Source of the DNA: Candidatus Marinacidobacterales bacterium
GTDB taxonomy: Bacteria > Acidobacteriota > Vicinamibacteria > Marinacidobacterales > SMYC01
Assembly (NCBI GenBank): GCA_965224085.1
Contig: CBDCYI010000005.1
Span: forward strand, 480,001-544,000
Reading direction: 5' to 3'
DNA: 64,000 bases
Shown here: positions 49,327 through 58,942 of the stretch, one piece after another
Numbering within the stretch: the stretch's first letter is position 1
Layout of the letters: the number at the start of each line of letters is the position of its first letter
Notes under the pieces: model-generated
Databases searched by the model: none
The model's input: the letters and a program-made list of their open reading frames with translations, nothing else
Told to the model about the DNA's origin: nothing
Made by a program: the position numbers and the translations under genes

Positions 49327-49662
49327 TTATCGGGAAACGCTGCGCGCCGAAAGCTCGATGACCTCGAGGAGTTGATCCTGCAAGTCCGGGTTTCCGATCT
49401 TCCGCCAGTGACCGAGAAGTTTTTGTTCTTCCTTGTTTTCGGCAAGCGGTTTTCGGGTGCGGCTGTCGGGGATGAGATCCGAGACAACCACGTTTAGCGA
49501 CTTGCTGATTTTTTTGAGCCAATCGAGCGACGTGCGCCGGCGGCCTTGCTCGAAATTCGAGAGAGCCGAAGGCGATAGCCCCGCTTTTCGCGCAAGCTCC
49601 TCTTGGAGCATGCCCCTTTTTTGTCGCAGCTCACGAATACGCTGCCCGACTTCTGCGTGCAT
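49327..49662 (-). CDS. XRE-family HTH regulator
   Basis: RBS AAGGAGGT; GQRIRELRQKRGMLQEELARKAGLSPSALSNFEQGRR. Confidence 0.9.
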   Translation of the reverse strand: MHAEVGQRIRELRQKRGMLQEELARKAGLSPSALSNFEQGRRRTSLDWLKKISKSLNVVVSDLIPDSRTRKPLAENKEEQKLLGHWRKIGNPDLQDQLLEVIELSARSVSR

Positions 49663-49855
49663 TGGAACCTCCTTTTGTTCCAAAAAGACAATCATGAAAT
49701 CAGTTTCACGGCACCGTAGCATGAAACGTGGCCCCAACGCACCACGGGTAGTTTCTGGTGTAAGAAAGGCGTTAGTTCCAAGAGAGTTCTGCCACCAAAT
49801 CCGGCTACGACGTGTTAAAATAGGGAGTTTTTCGACATTGAGGAGGCAAGCACCG

Positions 49856-50083
49856 TTGGATATCAATGACGCCGGTCTATTCATGAAGGTGAACATCGCC
49901 GCGCAAAGGGCGCGTCAGATCATGCAGGGCGCAGCCGTGAAGGTTCACAGCGACTCCCGCAAACCTGCCGCGATCGCGATCCGAGAGCTCGAAGACGGCG
50001 TGCTCGAAGCGTTTACGCCAGCAGAGCTTCCTGATCCTCCCGAAGAAGGGTTCCAAGAAGAGGATTCAGAAGAAGAGCTCTGA
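49856..50083 (+). CDS. rpoZ: RNA polymerase omega subunit-like protein
   Basis: AGGAGG + TTG; FMKVNIAAQRARQI..G..KPAAIAIREL..G; acidic tail. Confidence 0.75.
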   Translation: MDINDAGLFMKVNIAAQRARQIMQGAAVKVHSDSRKPAAIAIRELEDGVLEAFTPAELPDPPEEGFQEEDSEEEL

Positions 50084-50265
50084 GCCCGGCGCTCAAGCCT
50101 TCAACTCACGATCCCTTCCACGTTCTCGTTCTTGAGAAAACTCTTCAACGTGTCCGCCGTCGCGGTTACCCGGTCGAGATGGTACCGCGACAATACGTCC
50201 TTCATGTAAGGATGGTGGCGCAATAGCTCACCTATCCCTTCCTACACAGGACTTTATTTTTTTCG

Positions 50266-50844
50266 TTAGCCGCTTTCTGACTCGCGTTCTTTCAGGAGCT
50301 CGGCGAGACGTTTATGGATCCGCGCCCGATAGCGAAGATCACCGAGGCTAGATGCCTCGAGTGGCGGGTTGACGTTCGTTACGAGGTCGTCCACAGCGAC
50401 CCAACGCGCAGCTTCGAACGCGTCGCGGTCTTGGGGCCCGATCGGCCCGTCCTCGGCATGAGCAAGCATGACATGCGTCATCCACGATGTTTTCTTACCG
50501 TCGAGCATGAAGACCGCATGAATCTGCAGCAGATAGTCCTTCACGCGCACCGCGAGGCCCGTTTCCTCGAGCGCTTCGCGGGCGGCGCCGTCGACAAAAG
50601 ACTCTTCGGGGTGGATACCTCCCGAGGGGATTCGAAAGGCGTCAGGAGGATCGCCCGGCTTGCGCACGACCGCGACGTGCGCGTCCTTCACAATGAGGAG
50701 GCTCACGTCATGTGCTCGGCCCAGAGTGATGTGTTTCTCGACCTCGCGGAACTCGGGCTCCGTCAACGGAACGTCCCAGCGTTCGATGATTGGCGCGCCG
50801 AACTCGAATACGAGCTCTTGGACGATGTGCCTGCTGATATGCAT
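50266..50844 (-). CDS. NUDIX hydrolase
   Basis: PSGGIHPEESFVDGAAREALEETGL. Confidence 0.88.
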   Translation of the reverse strand: MHISRHIVQELVFEFGAPIIERWDVPLTEPEFREVEKHITLGRAHDVSLLIVKDAHVAVVRKPGDPPDAFRIPSGGIHPEESFVDGAAREALEETGLAVRVKDYLLQIHAVFMLDGKKTSWMTHVMLAHAEDGPIGPQDRDAFEAARWVAVDDLVTNVNPPLEASSLGDLRYRARIHKRLAELLKERESESG

Positions 50845-50855
50845 ATCGCGGTGGC

Positions 50856-51380
50856 TCAGCTCGCGCTGCTCGGCGCGTTCAAGAGCGCAACGAGGTCACG
50901 AATCACCGACGGGGCCACCCAGTCCCGGGCACCAACGACTTTCGATTTCAGGCGGCCGCTTCTATCAATGATGTAAGTCTCGGGATATTTGAAGGTCTGA
51001 TAGGAGCGGGAGACCTTCATGCCGTTGTCGTGAAGAACGGTGAACGTCAAGTTCCATTCATCGACGAATCTTTCGATATCGCTGAAGCGCTCGTCGACGG
51101 AGACGGCGACGACAACAAGCCCTTTGGACGCGAGCGCCTCGTGTAGTTTTTCGAGAGACGGCATCTCTTCGATGCAAGGAGGACACCATGTCGCCCAATA
51201 GTTGAGCACGACGACCTTCCCTTTGAGCTCGTCGAGCGCGCGCATCCGACCTTCGAGGTCTGGAAGCGTAAAGCCGGGCACGGGCGCCCCTACTTGCGCT
51301 CCCGGATTCTCTTTGCACGATATCGAAGCGCACGCAAAAAGAGCCGTGAAGAGCAGCGTCGCACGCGAATCAACTAGCAT
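50856..51380 (-). CDS. TlpA/ResA thiol-disulfide oxidoreductase
   Basis: VLNYWATWCPPC..EMP, YPETYIID. Confidence 0.92.
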   Translation of the reverse strand: MLVDSRATLLFTALFACASISCKENPGAQVGAPVPGFTLPDLEGRMRALDELKGKVVVLNYWATWCPPCIEEMPSLEKLHEALASKGLVVVAVSVDERFSDIERFVDEWNLTFTVLHDNGMKVSRSYQTFKYPETYIIDRSGRLKSKVVGARDWVAPSVIRDLVALLNAPSSAS

Positions 51381-52209
51381 GAGGAGTATCTCGCACGTGG
51401 GCGAGTGGCTTGAGCGCCTCGACATTGGCCACGGCACAAGCTGGATCGTCGGTCATGATGCCGTCGACGCCCCATCCGAGTAGACGGGTGATGTGGATTG
51501 GCTCGTTCACGGTCCACACGTGCACTTCCACGTCGAGCTCGTGAACAGCATCGATGACGGGTTTCGAAACAACCCGTCTCAAGCCCTTATATTCCGGCAC
51601 TTGGAACGCGGTGCCCGGTGGCCGATAGCCGGCAAGGCTTCCGCCTCTCACTCGAAGGAGAAAATCGCGCACCTCTTCCTTGCTGAAGCTCGTGGCCACT
51701 TGCGGCGCGACACCCCGGAAGCGCTGCAGCACGTCGTGATGGTGCGAGGCGACGATGACACGTTCTTCGGCACCGTGCCGGCGCAGACGAGTGGCGACAA
51801 CCTGCTCGACACCCGAGCGGGTCTTCTTGATCTCCAAGGTAAGACCCACATCGGGAAACTTGGTTAGGACTTCGTCCAGCGTCGGCATCCTCAAGCCCTT
51901 GCCGCGATAAGGGAAGGTGCGTCCATAATCCATCGTAAACTTGTATCCCGCATCGAGCTTTTGAAGCTCAGCGAGGGACATGTTCTCAACCCGTCCCCGG
52001 CGGCCCGTAGTTCTGGACACGGAATTGTCATGGATGATTACGGGCTCGCCATCCGCTGTCAAGTGGATGTCCATCTCCAGATAGGACGCCCCTTGCTGGC
52101 ACGCGAGGCTGAAGGAATCGATCGTGTTCTCGGGCGCGCGGGCACAGGCGCCACGGTGGCCGAAGAGCCTTGGCGAAGGACCCGAGAAGAAGCCGTTATT
52201 TGAGGACAC
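51370..52209 (-). CDS. Glycerophosphodiester phosphodiesterase
   Basis: GHRG..APENT, EMDIHLTADG..VIIHD, LDAG, EIK, WTVN, GVDGIMTD. Confidence 0.93.
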   Translation of the reverse strand: MSSNNGFFSGPSPRLFGHRGACARAPENTIDSFSLACQQGASYLEMDIHLTADGEPVIIHDNSVSRTTGRRGRVENMSLAELQKLDAGYKFTMDYGRTFPYRGKGLRMPTLDEVLTKFPDVGLTLEIKKTRSGVEQVVATRLRRHGAEERVIVASHHHDVLQRFRGVAPQVATSFSKEEVRDFLLRVRGGSLAGYRPPGTAFQVPEYKGLRRVVSKPVIDAVHELDVEVHVWTVNEPIHITRLLGWGVDGIMTDDPACAVANVEALKPLAHVRDTPHAS

Positions 52210-52322
52210 TTTGATCTGGTCGAGTTTCTCAGCGATTATGTCGACGAAGATGCCTCGAAAGAGAAGCGCCTCCGATTGACCCGTTTGCGGGAACCAGTGT
52301 TTATGTTTCTATTATCCGGACG

Positions 52323-54863
52323 CTACCGCGTTTCGTCAAAGGCGGTTATGCGCAGGAAGACACCGAGCTCTCGGCGGTCGGGGTCCTTCGGGTCGAGCTC
52401 CGAAGGCCTGAATCCGCCTTCACTGAAAACGGTGAACGCGGCGAGACCTTCTTCGATGGCAACACGAACGCGCTTCTTCTCCCAGGCTCTGAGACGGAAG
52501 CGCCTGCTGTCCGACCCTGTCTCGACGCGCACCCAGTTCTCTGAGCCGCCGTTCGAAAGCTCGAGCTCGTCGCCCGTCGTGGATTCGAGCGCGAAGGCCG
52601 CGCGCGCGCCTCGCTTCACCCAGAAGCCGCGGCGATCGAGATAGGCTCCGTCATCAAAACTGTGAACACGCTCGTCGCCGGGGAAGACGAGACTTCGGTT
52701 CACGACCGGTCGCGGCCCGAAGAGCTCGTCCCAATGCACCCGTGGAGGACCTCCGTCTTCGAAACGTCGCAGGCGCACGCGAAAACGGCCGAGCGCGACT
52801 TTCGACTCGAAGCGGGCGCCGTCCGGCTCGAAGCAGTTCTGGTCACTGCACGGCGCAAAGCCTTCGAGGGCGACTCCAGATATGCGATAACGTCCCGCCG
52901 GGATGTGGTACGGCAAGCTCCACCAATGGAGAGGGTCGCCGTCGGGACGGAAAGGACGGAGGCGCAGCGAGACGCGCGCCTTGACATCGTCCCCGCTCAA
53001 GCGCTCTCCCGATGGAAAGGCGCGAAAGGCGTCAGCTCTGCCTACGCTGAGCTGTCTCATGAGCTCCGTCACCCAGCGGCCTTCGAGGCGGCGCGAGTGC
53101 TGCGCTCCTGTGAGGTCTTGAGCCCAGGCCGCAGCGAGCAGCAGGAGAACGAAAGGCGGCAGCCGCACGGGGCGAGCGAGAAACTGCAGCACGAGAGCGA
53201 GAAGAGCCAGCGCGAGCGCGATGCTTGCGAAAACGATCGAACGCGCGTCCGCGGTAATGAGCGATGGAAGATAGCTCGTGAGATCCCACGAGCTGGAGAG
53301 TGCCTCCCAAAGCCGCCCCGTGCCGTCCTTGGCGTTCAAGTAAAGAGGCTGCCCTGGCAAGAAAACGGTAAAGAGCGAAACGGAGAGACCTACCGCGAGA
53401 AGCGTCGGCAACCACGGCGTCACGCCCTCGTGGCGCTCCCTCACCCACAGACTAGACGCCGCTAATGCGAGAAGCGGGAGCGCTGGGAAGAGAAAACGCG
53501 CAGCGGGAGAATTGCCCCCGGACCAAAGCGGATGGGCGGCACCAGGAAGCGCGACGACTGCGAGCACAAGTAGCGAAACGACTCCAAAAAAGAAATGGCG
53601 CCGTATCAGTGGGACGAGCCCCGCGAGGCCGATGAGGTAGACGGGCGAGACCGGGAGAAGCCCGAACTCTTGGTCGAAGAACAAGCCGAGAAGACCTATC
53701 GGGATACCGGACAGGAAAACACGCTGGCGTCCATACGAAGCGGTGGGATCGAAGCTTCCCGTTGTGACGAAGAAGAACACGAGGAGCGCCAAAGCACCCA
53801 CAGCAGCTCCAGATAAAACGGGGATGCGCCCACGCTGAAACCGATAGGCGAAAGCACCCCACAATAGGGCGGCGAGCGGGATGAACTTCATGTGAAAGAA
53901 AGGAAGCGTCCCGACCAGGAGTGCCCATCCGAGCGCAAAAAGACGCGTCTCGGGCTCGCTTCGGAGAAATCGTGCCATCACGAGCGTCACGATTACCGCG
54001 ACGGGAAGCTCGGGATAAGCGGAAACGGAGAGAAAGAGCGCCGGCGAAGTCAGCCCGAAAACGCAAGGCGCGAGGACCGACGCCTCGCGGTTGCCTGTGA
54101 GAAGGAAAGTAGCAAGATAGATCCCACGCCACAGCATCGCACCCAATAGCGCGAGCGTGATGAGAGCGCCCGTTAGTCCCGCGACCGCGTAGCCCGGGAG
54201 GAGAAGGATCGGCAGTCCAATCCCGTGAATGGAGTACGGTGTTTCGGCGGCGAGATGCGGCCCGATCTTTCCCAGATAGAAATTACGGTAATCCTCCCGA
54301 AAGTAGTTGTTCTGTACACGAAGATCGCCGTCGTGGACGAGGCTGTGGGTGATAAGGAGATAGTGGGGTTCGTCGCCCGAGAGGCCGACATCGTTCGATA
54401 TCTTCAAGCCGACGGCGAGATGAACGCAAAACCCGACAAAAGCTATGCGACGCGTCGTCGCGATGTGGCGCCCGAGCCCGCGCGGCGCGAGCGCACGCCA
54501 CAGCCACAACAACGTTGCGGTCACGAGTAGAAAGTCGAGCAGTCGCCCCGAGAAGAGAGCCGTGAACGGCGCCACTGAGAAGAGCGACGGGACGAATACG
54601 GCGCCCGCCAGGCCGGCCGGGAGAAATGGCGTGATCCAGCTCGCCTTCCCAAAGCGGTGAGCCGCAAAACCGAGCGCGGCCCCGAGCGAGACAAACGCCG
54701 CAACGACAAAGATGTTAGGGGTCGAGCTCAGGAGCCAGGGCTCGACATTGATGTCGACGTCCCGATCTGAGACCGGGAAGACCGGAAAGCGCAATGTTGC
54801 GCGCATCGCGAGCGCGAGGCCAAGCGCCATGCCCGCCACCACCGCGATCCAGATGGATTTCAA
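52323..54863 (-). CDS. Large polytopic membrane protein, GT-C glycosyltransferase-like
   Basis: GDEPHYL..HSL..DGD, YPE, GLFFDQEFGLL, W.GG.SPAARF; many TM helices. Confidence 0.7.
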   Translation of the reverse strand: MKSIWIAVVAGMALGLALAMRATLRFPVFPVSDRDVDINVEPWLLSSTPNIFVVAAFVSLGAALGFAAHRFGKASWITPFLPAGLAGAVFVPSLFSVAPFTALFSGRLLDFLLVTATLLWLWRALAPRGLGRHIATTRRIAFVGFCVHLAVGLKISNDVGLSGDEPHYLLITHSLVHDGDLRVQNNYFREDYRNFYLGKIGPHLAAETPYSIHGIGLPILLLPGYAVAGLTGALITLALLGAMLWRGIYLATFLLTGNREASVLAPCVFGLTSPALFLSVSAYPELPVAVIVTLVMARFLRSEPETRLFALGWALLVGTLPFFHMKFIPLAALLWGAFAYRFQRGRIPVLSGAAVGALALLVFFFVTTGSFDPTASYGRQRVFLSGIPIGLLGLFFDQEFGLLPVSPVYLIGLAGLVPLIRRHFFFGVVSLLVLAVVALPGAAHPLWSGGNSPAARFLFPALPLLALAASSLWVRERHEGVTPWLPTLLAVGLSVSLFTVFLPGQPLYLNAKDGTGRLWEALSSSWDLTSYLPSLITADARSIVFASIALALALLALVLQFLARPVRLPPFVLLLLAAAWAQDLTGAQHSRRLEGRWVTELMRQLSVGRADAFRAFPSGERLSGDDVKARVSLRLRPFRPDGDPLHWWSLPYHIPAGRYRISGVALEGFAPCSDQNCFEPDGARFESKVALGRFRVRLRRFEDGGPPRVHWDELFGPRPVVNRSLVFPGDERVHSFDDGAYLDRRGFWVKRGARAAFALESTTGDELELSNGGSENWVRVETGSDSRRFRLRAWEKKRVRVAIEEGLAAFTVFSEGGFRPSELDPKDPDRRELGVFLRITAFDETR

Positions 54864-55420
54864 GGCGCGTTGTGTTGCGCGAAGGCCGGATGGGTGCGGA
54901 GGTAGGACAAGGCGATGATCGTCTTCGCGTCCCGAACGTCGACACCAGCGACGAGCGACATCGCTTCCTCCCAAGGGAGCTCTACGATCTCGAGGCTCTC
55001 GTCCTCGTCGAGTGACTGCGTCCTCGCTTCGAGATCGGTCGCGGCGAACAGGTGCATCTTTTCTTCGAGAACGCCGGGAGACGGGTAGAACTCGAGCAGC
55101 TTTTCGAGCCGCTTCGGGAAATAGCCTGTCTCCTCGACGAGCTCGCGGCTCGCGGTCTCTTCGGGACGCTCGCCGGGATCGATCGTGCCCGCGGGCACCT
55201 CGAGAAGAAACTCGCCAGCGGCATAACGATATTGCCGGACGAGCACAACCCGACCATTGTTCGTCACCGGCACGAGCACCGCGGCGCCTCGATGCCTGAG
55301 GACTTCGCGCTCGACCTCCATGCCCGACGGCTCCACGACGCGATCCACTTCGAGCGTCACGAGTCGTCCTTCGAAAATGCGCCGGCGCCCGAGGAGCTGC
55401 GCTTCGCCCTCGACACTCAT
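54860..55420 (-). CDS. nudF: ADP-ribose pyrophosphatase (NUDIX)
   Basis: REVLRH.GA, VRQYRY, EVPAG..GE...A.RELVEETG, YPSPG, DEDE, DAKT. Confidence 0.88.
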   Translation of the reverse strand: MSVEGEAQLLGRRRIFEGRLVTLEVDRVVEPSGMEVEREVLRHRGAAVLVPVTNNGRVVLVRQYRYAAGEFLLEVPAGTIDPGERPEETASRELVEETGYFPKRLEKLLEFYPSPGVLEEKMHLFAATDLEARTQSLDEDESLEIVELPWEEAMSLVAGVDVRDAKTIIALSYLRTHPAFAQHNAP

Positions 55421-55466
55421 TGGTCGCGATTCTAACACGCGCTCTTGTCTGGTACATTCGTTCAAG

Positions 55467-56665
55467 ATGAACGTGCTCTTGCTGTCGTTACTCGCCGCTT
55501 CGAGCCCGGCCCTCGGGCTGAAACTTCGGCCCTCGAGGCTGAAACCTCAGTTGCCCTGGCGAAGCTGGAAGAGCGAGGCCGCTCTCACCTCTACAATCTG
55601 GAATACGACGATGCCCGCACGATTTTCTCGAGCCTCGGGGAGCTCGCACCCACTTCGCCCGTCGGCCCCTATTACGAGGCGACGACGATTTGGATGGAAG
55701 AGTTCACGAGGCGCGGCGGAATGACCGGCTCCACGTTTCGGACGGGCCGTTACTGGAACGACAACCTTCACGAGCCGCCGGCGCCGGAGCTCGATCGAGA
55801 GTTCAAAAACCTCGTGGCCGAGGCCGTCGAACGTGCGGAGGCGGCGTTGGCACGGGACCCCGAAAACGCCGACGCGCTCTACTTTCGAGGTGCTGCCGAG
55901 GGCGTTATGAGTGCGTATCTCGCCATGATCGAACGCAGCTATTACAGCTCCTACAAAGCCGGAAAGCGGGCCAAGAGCTATCACGAGCAGCTCCTCGAGG
56001 TAGACCCGGAATATGCGGATGCGTATCTTCTTCCGGGCATCTACGAATACACCGTCGCCACGCTTCCACGGACGCTCCGCTTCGCAGGGTTTCTCATCGG
56101 GATCCGCGGCTCTCGCGAGAAGGGGCTCGAGCTCGTGAGAAAAGCGGTGGAGGGTGGAGACCGGACGCGCTGGGTGGCGAGGCTTTCGCTCAGCGTGATG
56201 GAGCAGCGGGAGAAGAAATACCGGCGCTCTTTAGCCGTGCTGCGCGAGCTCGAGGCAGCCTTTCCTAAAAACCCGCTCTTTCCCCTCGAGCGCGGCTCGG
56301 TTCACTTGTTGCGAAAAGACTGGTCCGCCGCGCGGCGCGCCTTCGATGAAGTGCGGAGAAACCAAGCGGCAGGAAAGCCGCATTTCGACGCCGCCGAGCC
56401 CTCGCTCATACTCCTGAAGATCGCGGAGAGCTATCTCTTCGCAAAAAATTTCCGGCGTGCGAACGACAACCTGCGCAGAGCACTCGAGATCCCGGACATT
56501 CCCGACCGCATCAAGGCCGTAATCTTTCTGCGGCGCGGAATGGCCAGCGACGCCACCAGCCGTCGCGACCGCGCCCGCGCCGACTACCGCCGCACCCTGG
56601 CGCTGAACGTGGACAAACTCACCAACAACCGAGCAAAACGCTACCTAAGAAAGCCCTACCGCTAA
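55467..56665 (+). CDS. Secreted TPR protein; signal peptide out of frame by 1 nt
   Basis: MNVLLLSLLAASSPAL, frameshift in a 20/21-nt tandem repeat, then LYNLEYDDA and TPR helices. Confidence 0.7.
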
Positions 56666-56716
56666 GTTCCCGCAATCCAAAAGGTAACCGGCAGCCGGCA
56701 GCCCATCGAATGACGT

Positions 56717-57679
56717 TCACATCGTAGGCTGCTCAGGAAACGCGTAGTAACCCTGGCGCGTTCGCACGACGAGATCGTCGCGGCCTTTGATCTGCACTTG
56801 GATCGTACGCCATTCCCCGTTCTGCTCGAGATTCGAGGGTGTGTAAGCGAGCCGGTACTGGCTATGAAGCTCGTTCTGGATCTGCTCGAAGCTCCGGTTC
56901 AGATCCCCGATCCCCTTCGGGAAGAAAGCTTGGCCGCCTGTTTCCCGGGAGATCTTCTTCAAGAAGCCTTTGTTCACGCCGCGGGAGCCGGCGGAGCGCC
57001 GCCCTTGAAAGCCGACCGAGTAGATCGAGACTTCCGAGAACTTGGCACCTTCGATGGCGTCTTTCGACGTAGCCTCGCTCCCCTGGCCGACCGAGCGCGA
57101 GTCGTCGCCGTCGGTGAAGACAAGAAGCGCTTTCCGACCTTCGGCCTCGGAGACTTTTTCGAGTGAGTAAAGGATCGAATCGTAGAGAGCCGTCCAGCCG
57201 GACGGGTAGAGCGACTGGATGGTCGAGACGAGGCGGTCGATGTCGTCCGAAAAATACGAGCTGAAGCGAATGCGCTCATTGAAGTCGGCGATGATGGCTT
57301 TGTCGCCGTCCCAGAGCTTGCTGACGAAGTTCGACGCCGCTTCTTTGATCCCGCCCATGCTCGGACGGATGCTCGTCGAAGCGTCGAGCAAGACCAGTAG
57401 CGTGACCGGCGTGACCTCGGAGGTGAAGAAGTCGACCTCCTGCCGAGCGCCGTCCTCGAGAACGACGAAATCAGACGCTTCGAGGTCCGGAATGAAGCGG
57501 CCTTTATTGTCCGTCACGACGACGCTCAAATTGATGGCCTGGACCGTGGCACGAAACTGAAAACGATCCCCTTCTTGTTGTTGCGCGATCGCTTGCCGCG
57601 ACACCAGAAATCCAGCAAACATCAATGGAATTAGAAAGATAACGATGCCTAGGACGCGACGATCAAGACGATGAATCAT
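56717..57679 (-). CDS. VWA-domain protein (Acidobacterial type)
   Basis: VVTDNKGRFIPDL...DF.V.EDG..Q, DASTS MIDAS, TALYD, TDGDD, TGG, ELHSQY. Confidence 0.9.
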   Translation of the reverse strand: MIHRLDRRVLGIVIFLIPLMFAGFLVSRQAIAQQQEGDRFQFRATVQAINLSVVVTDNKGRFIPDLEASDFVVLEDGARQEVDFFTSEVTPVTLLVLLDASTSIRPSMGGIKEAASNFVSKLWDGDKAIIADFNERIRFSSYFSDDIDRLVSTIQSLYPSGWTALYDSILYSLEKVSEAEGRKALLVFTDGDDSRSVGQGSEATSKDAIEGAKFSEVSIYSVGFQGRRSAGSRGVNKGFLKKISRETGGQAFFPKGIGDLNRSFEQIQNELHSQYRLAYTPSNLEQNGEWRTIQVQIKGRDDLVVRTRQGYYAFPEQPTM

Positions 57680-57842
57680 GAATTCGCCTCCCCGTGCCGG
57701 CGTTAAATGGAGGGTTCGCACGTCGACGTGCGGCCCGACGGGGCCGCTTTCTGCGGGTAGTCTAACACAATCGCCCGACGTCAACTGTGACGTGCGCAGC
57801 GATTTGTTCACTTCAGGGATTTTAGCTACACTGATCGAGGCG

Positions 57843-58238
57843 ATGGACGACAAACACCTGTTCACCGTTCGGGAAGCGAACGAGCTTATTCCCTTTCTCA
57901 GCGACAAATTGGAGGAGCTCGGCCGTGTACATCAGAAGCTCGAAGTGTGGTCGCAGGACACGCCTTCGCAGCAAGAGATCGCGCTCAGAGGCGGCATGCT
58001 GGCCGACCCTCGATACGTCGCACTCCTGACACGGCTTCAAACCCTCGTCGACGATATCTGCTCAGAAGGCTGCTACTTGAAAGACCTCGAGTCCGGTCTC
58101 GTCGATTTTCCCACGCTTTGGGAAGGCCGGGAGGTCTATCTCTGCTGGAAGCTCGGCGAGTCCGAAGTTGCTCACTGGCACGAGATCGAGGCGGGGTTTG
58201 CGGGCCGCCAGTCGCTGAAGAGCGATTCCGCAAAATAG
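57843..58238 (+). CDS. DUF2203 protein
   Basis: FTVREANELIP, KDLESGLVDFP, YLCWKLGE, WH...GFAGR. Confidence 0.9.
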   Translation: MDDKHLFTVREANELIPFLSDKLEELGRVHQKLEVWSQDTPSQQEIALRGGMLADPRYVALLTRLQTLVDDICSEGCYLKDLESGLVDFPTLWEGREVYLCWKLGESEVAHWHEIEAGFAGRQSLKSDSAK

Positions 58239-58257
58239 CGAAGCGTCGTGCAAGCTC

Positions 58258-58806
58258 TTGCCGTTTGCTTATTATCATCGCCTAACGAAAGCCCAGAGAA
58301 GAATCTACGACGAGAGCAATAGCATCGGTGCGATCGAGCTTTATCGCCCTGAGCTTCAGCGGGAGCGCGTCCTCGCGCTTCAGACAGCGCTCGAGAGCGG
58401 CGAGCGAGCCCCGACCGAGCGCGCCACCCAAGAGCTCGCGGACGGGCTCACAGAGGCTCTCGGAGTGCCGAAACTACGGATTCAGCTCGCGGAGCGCCGG
58501 CCCTCGTGGCAGACGGGAGAGCTGCACGGGCTCTACGAGGCGGATGAAAAAGGCCACTACAAAGTCTCGCTTTGGATGCGGACCGCTCAGCGACAGCAAG
58601 TCGTTAAATTCAAGACGTTTCTACGCACGATGCTGCACGAGCTCGGCCACCACCTCGATTATCAAAAGTTTCGGCTCAGAGACTCGTTTCACACGGAGGG
58701 GTTCTACCGGCGGGAATCGAGCTTACTTCGCCAGCTCTTTGTCGGCGAGCCGGCGAGCGACAGGAAACCACGGCCGCGCTTGCGTCCGCCGCCCAGGATT
58801 GTGTAA
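58258..58806 (+). CDS. Hypothetical zincin-like protein
   Basis: ELHGLY, WMRTA, LHELGHH (HExxH), SFHTEGFY. Confidence 0.72.
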   Translation: MPFAYYHRLTKAQRRIYDESNSIGAIELYRPELQRERVLALQTALESGERAPTERATQELADGLTEALGVPKLRIQLAERRPSWQTGELHGLYEADEKGHYKVSLWMRTAQRQQVVKFKTFLRTMLHELGHHLDYQKFRLRDSFHTEGFYRRESSLLRQLFVGEPASDRKPRPRLRPPPRIV

Positions 58807-58942
58807 GCTTATTTGTTTGAGTGCCGGTCTCGGCTTGCTCGCTACGACCTTTTAGAAAAACAACACGGGCCTCGCGCGCCCCCGTAGGGGAATTCAGCAA
58901 GTGGTTCCCTTTCAATTTCTGAAAATCGGAGGAAACTGAAGA

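Noticed and set aside
52323-55457. 1044-aa ORF
   Set aside because: The N-terminal ~200 aa are an alternative frame of nudF; the membrane protein starts at TTG 54863.
56680-56705. Short heptamer-like repeats (ccggcag x2; similar at 59760 and 42885)
   Set aside because: Only two degenerate units each; insufficient to call a repeat family.
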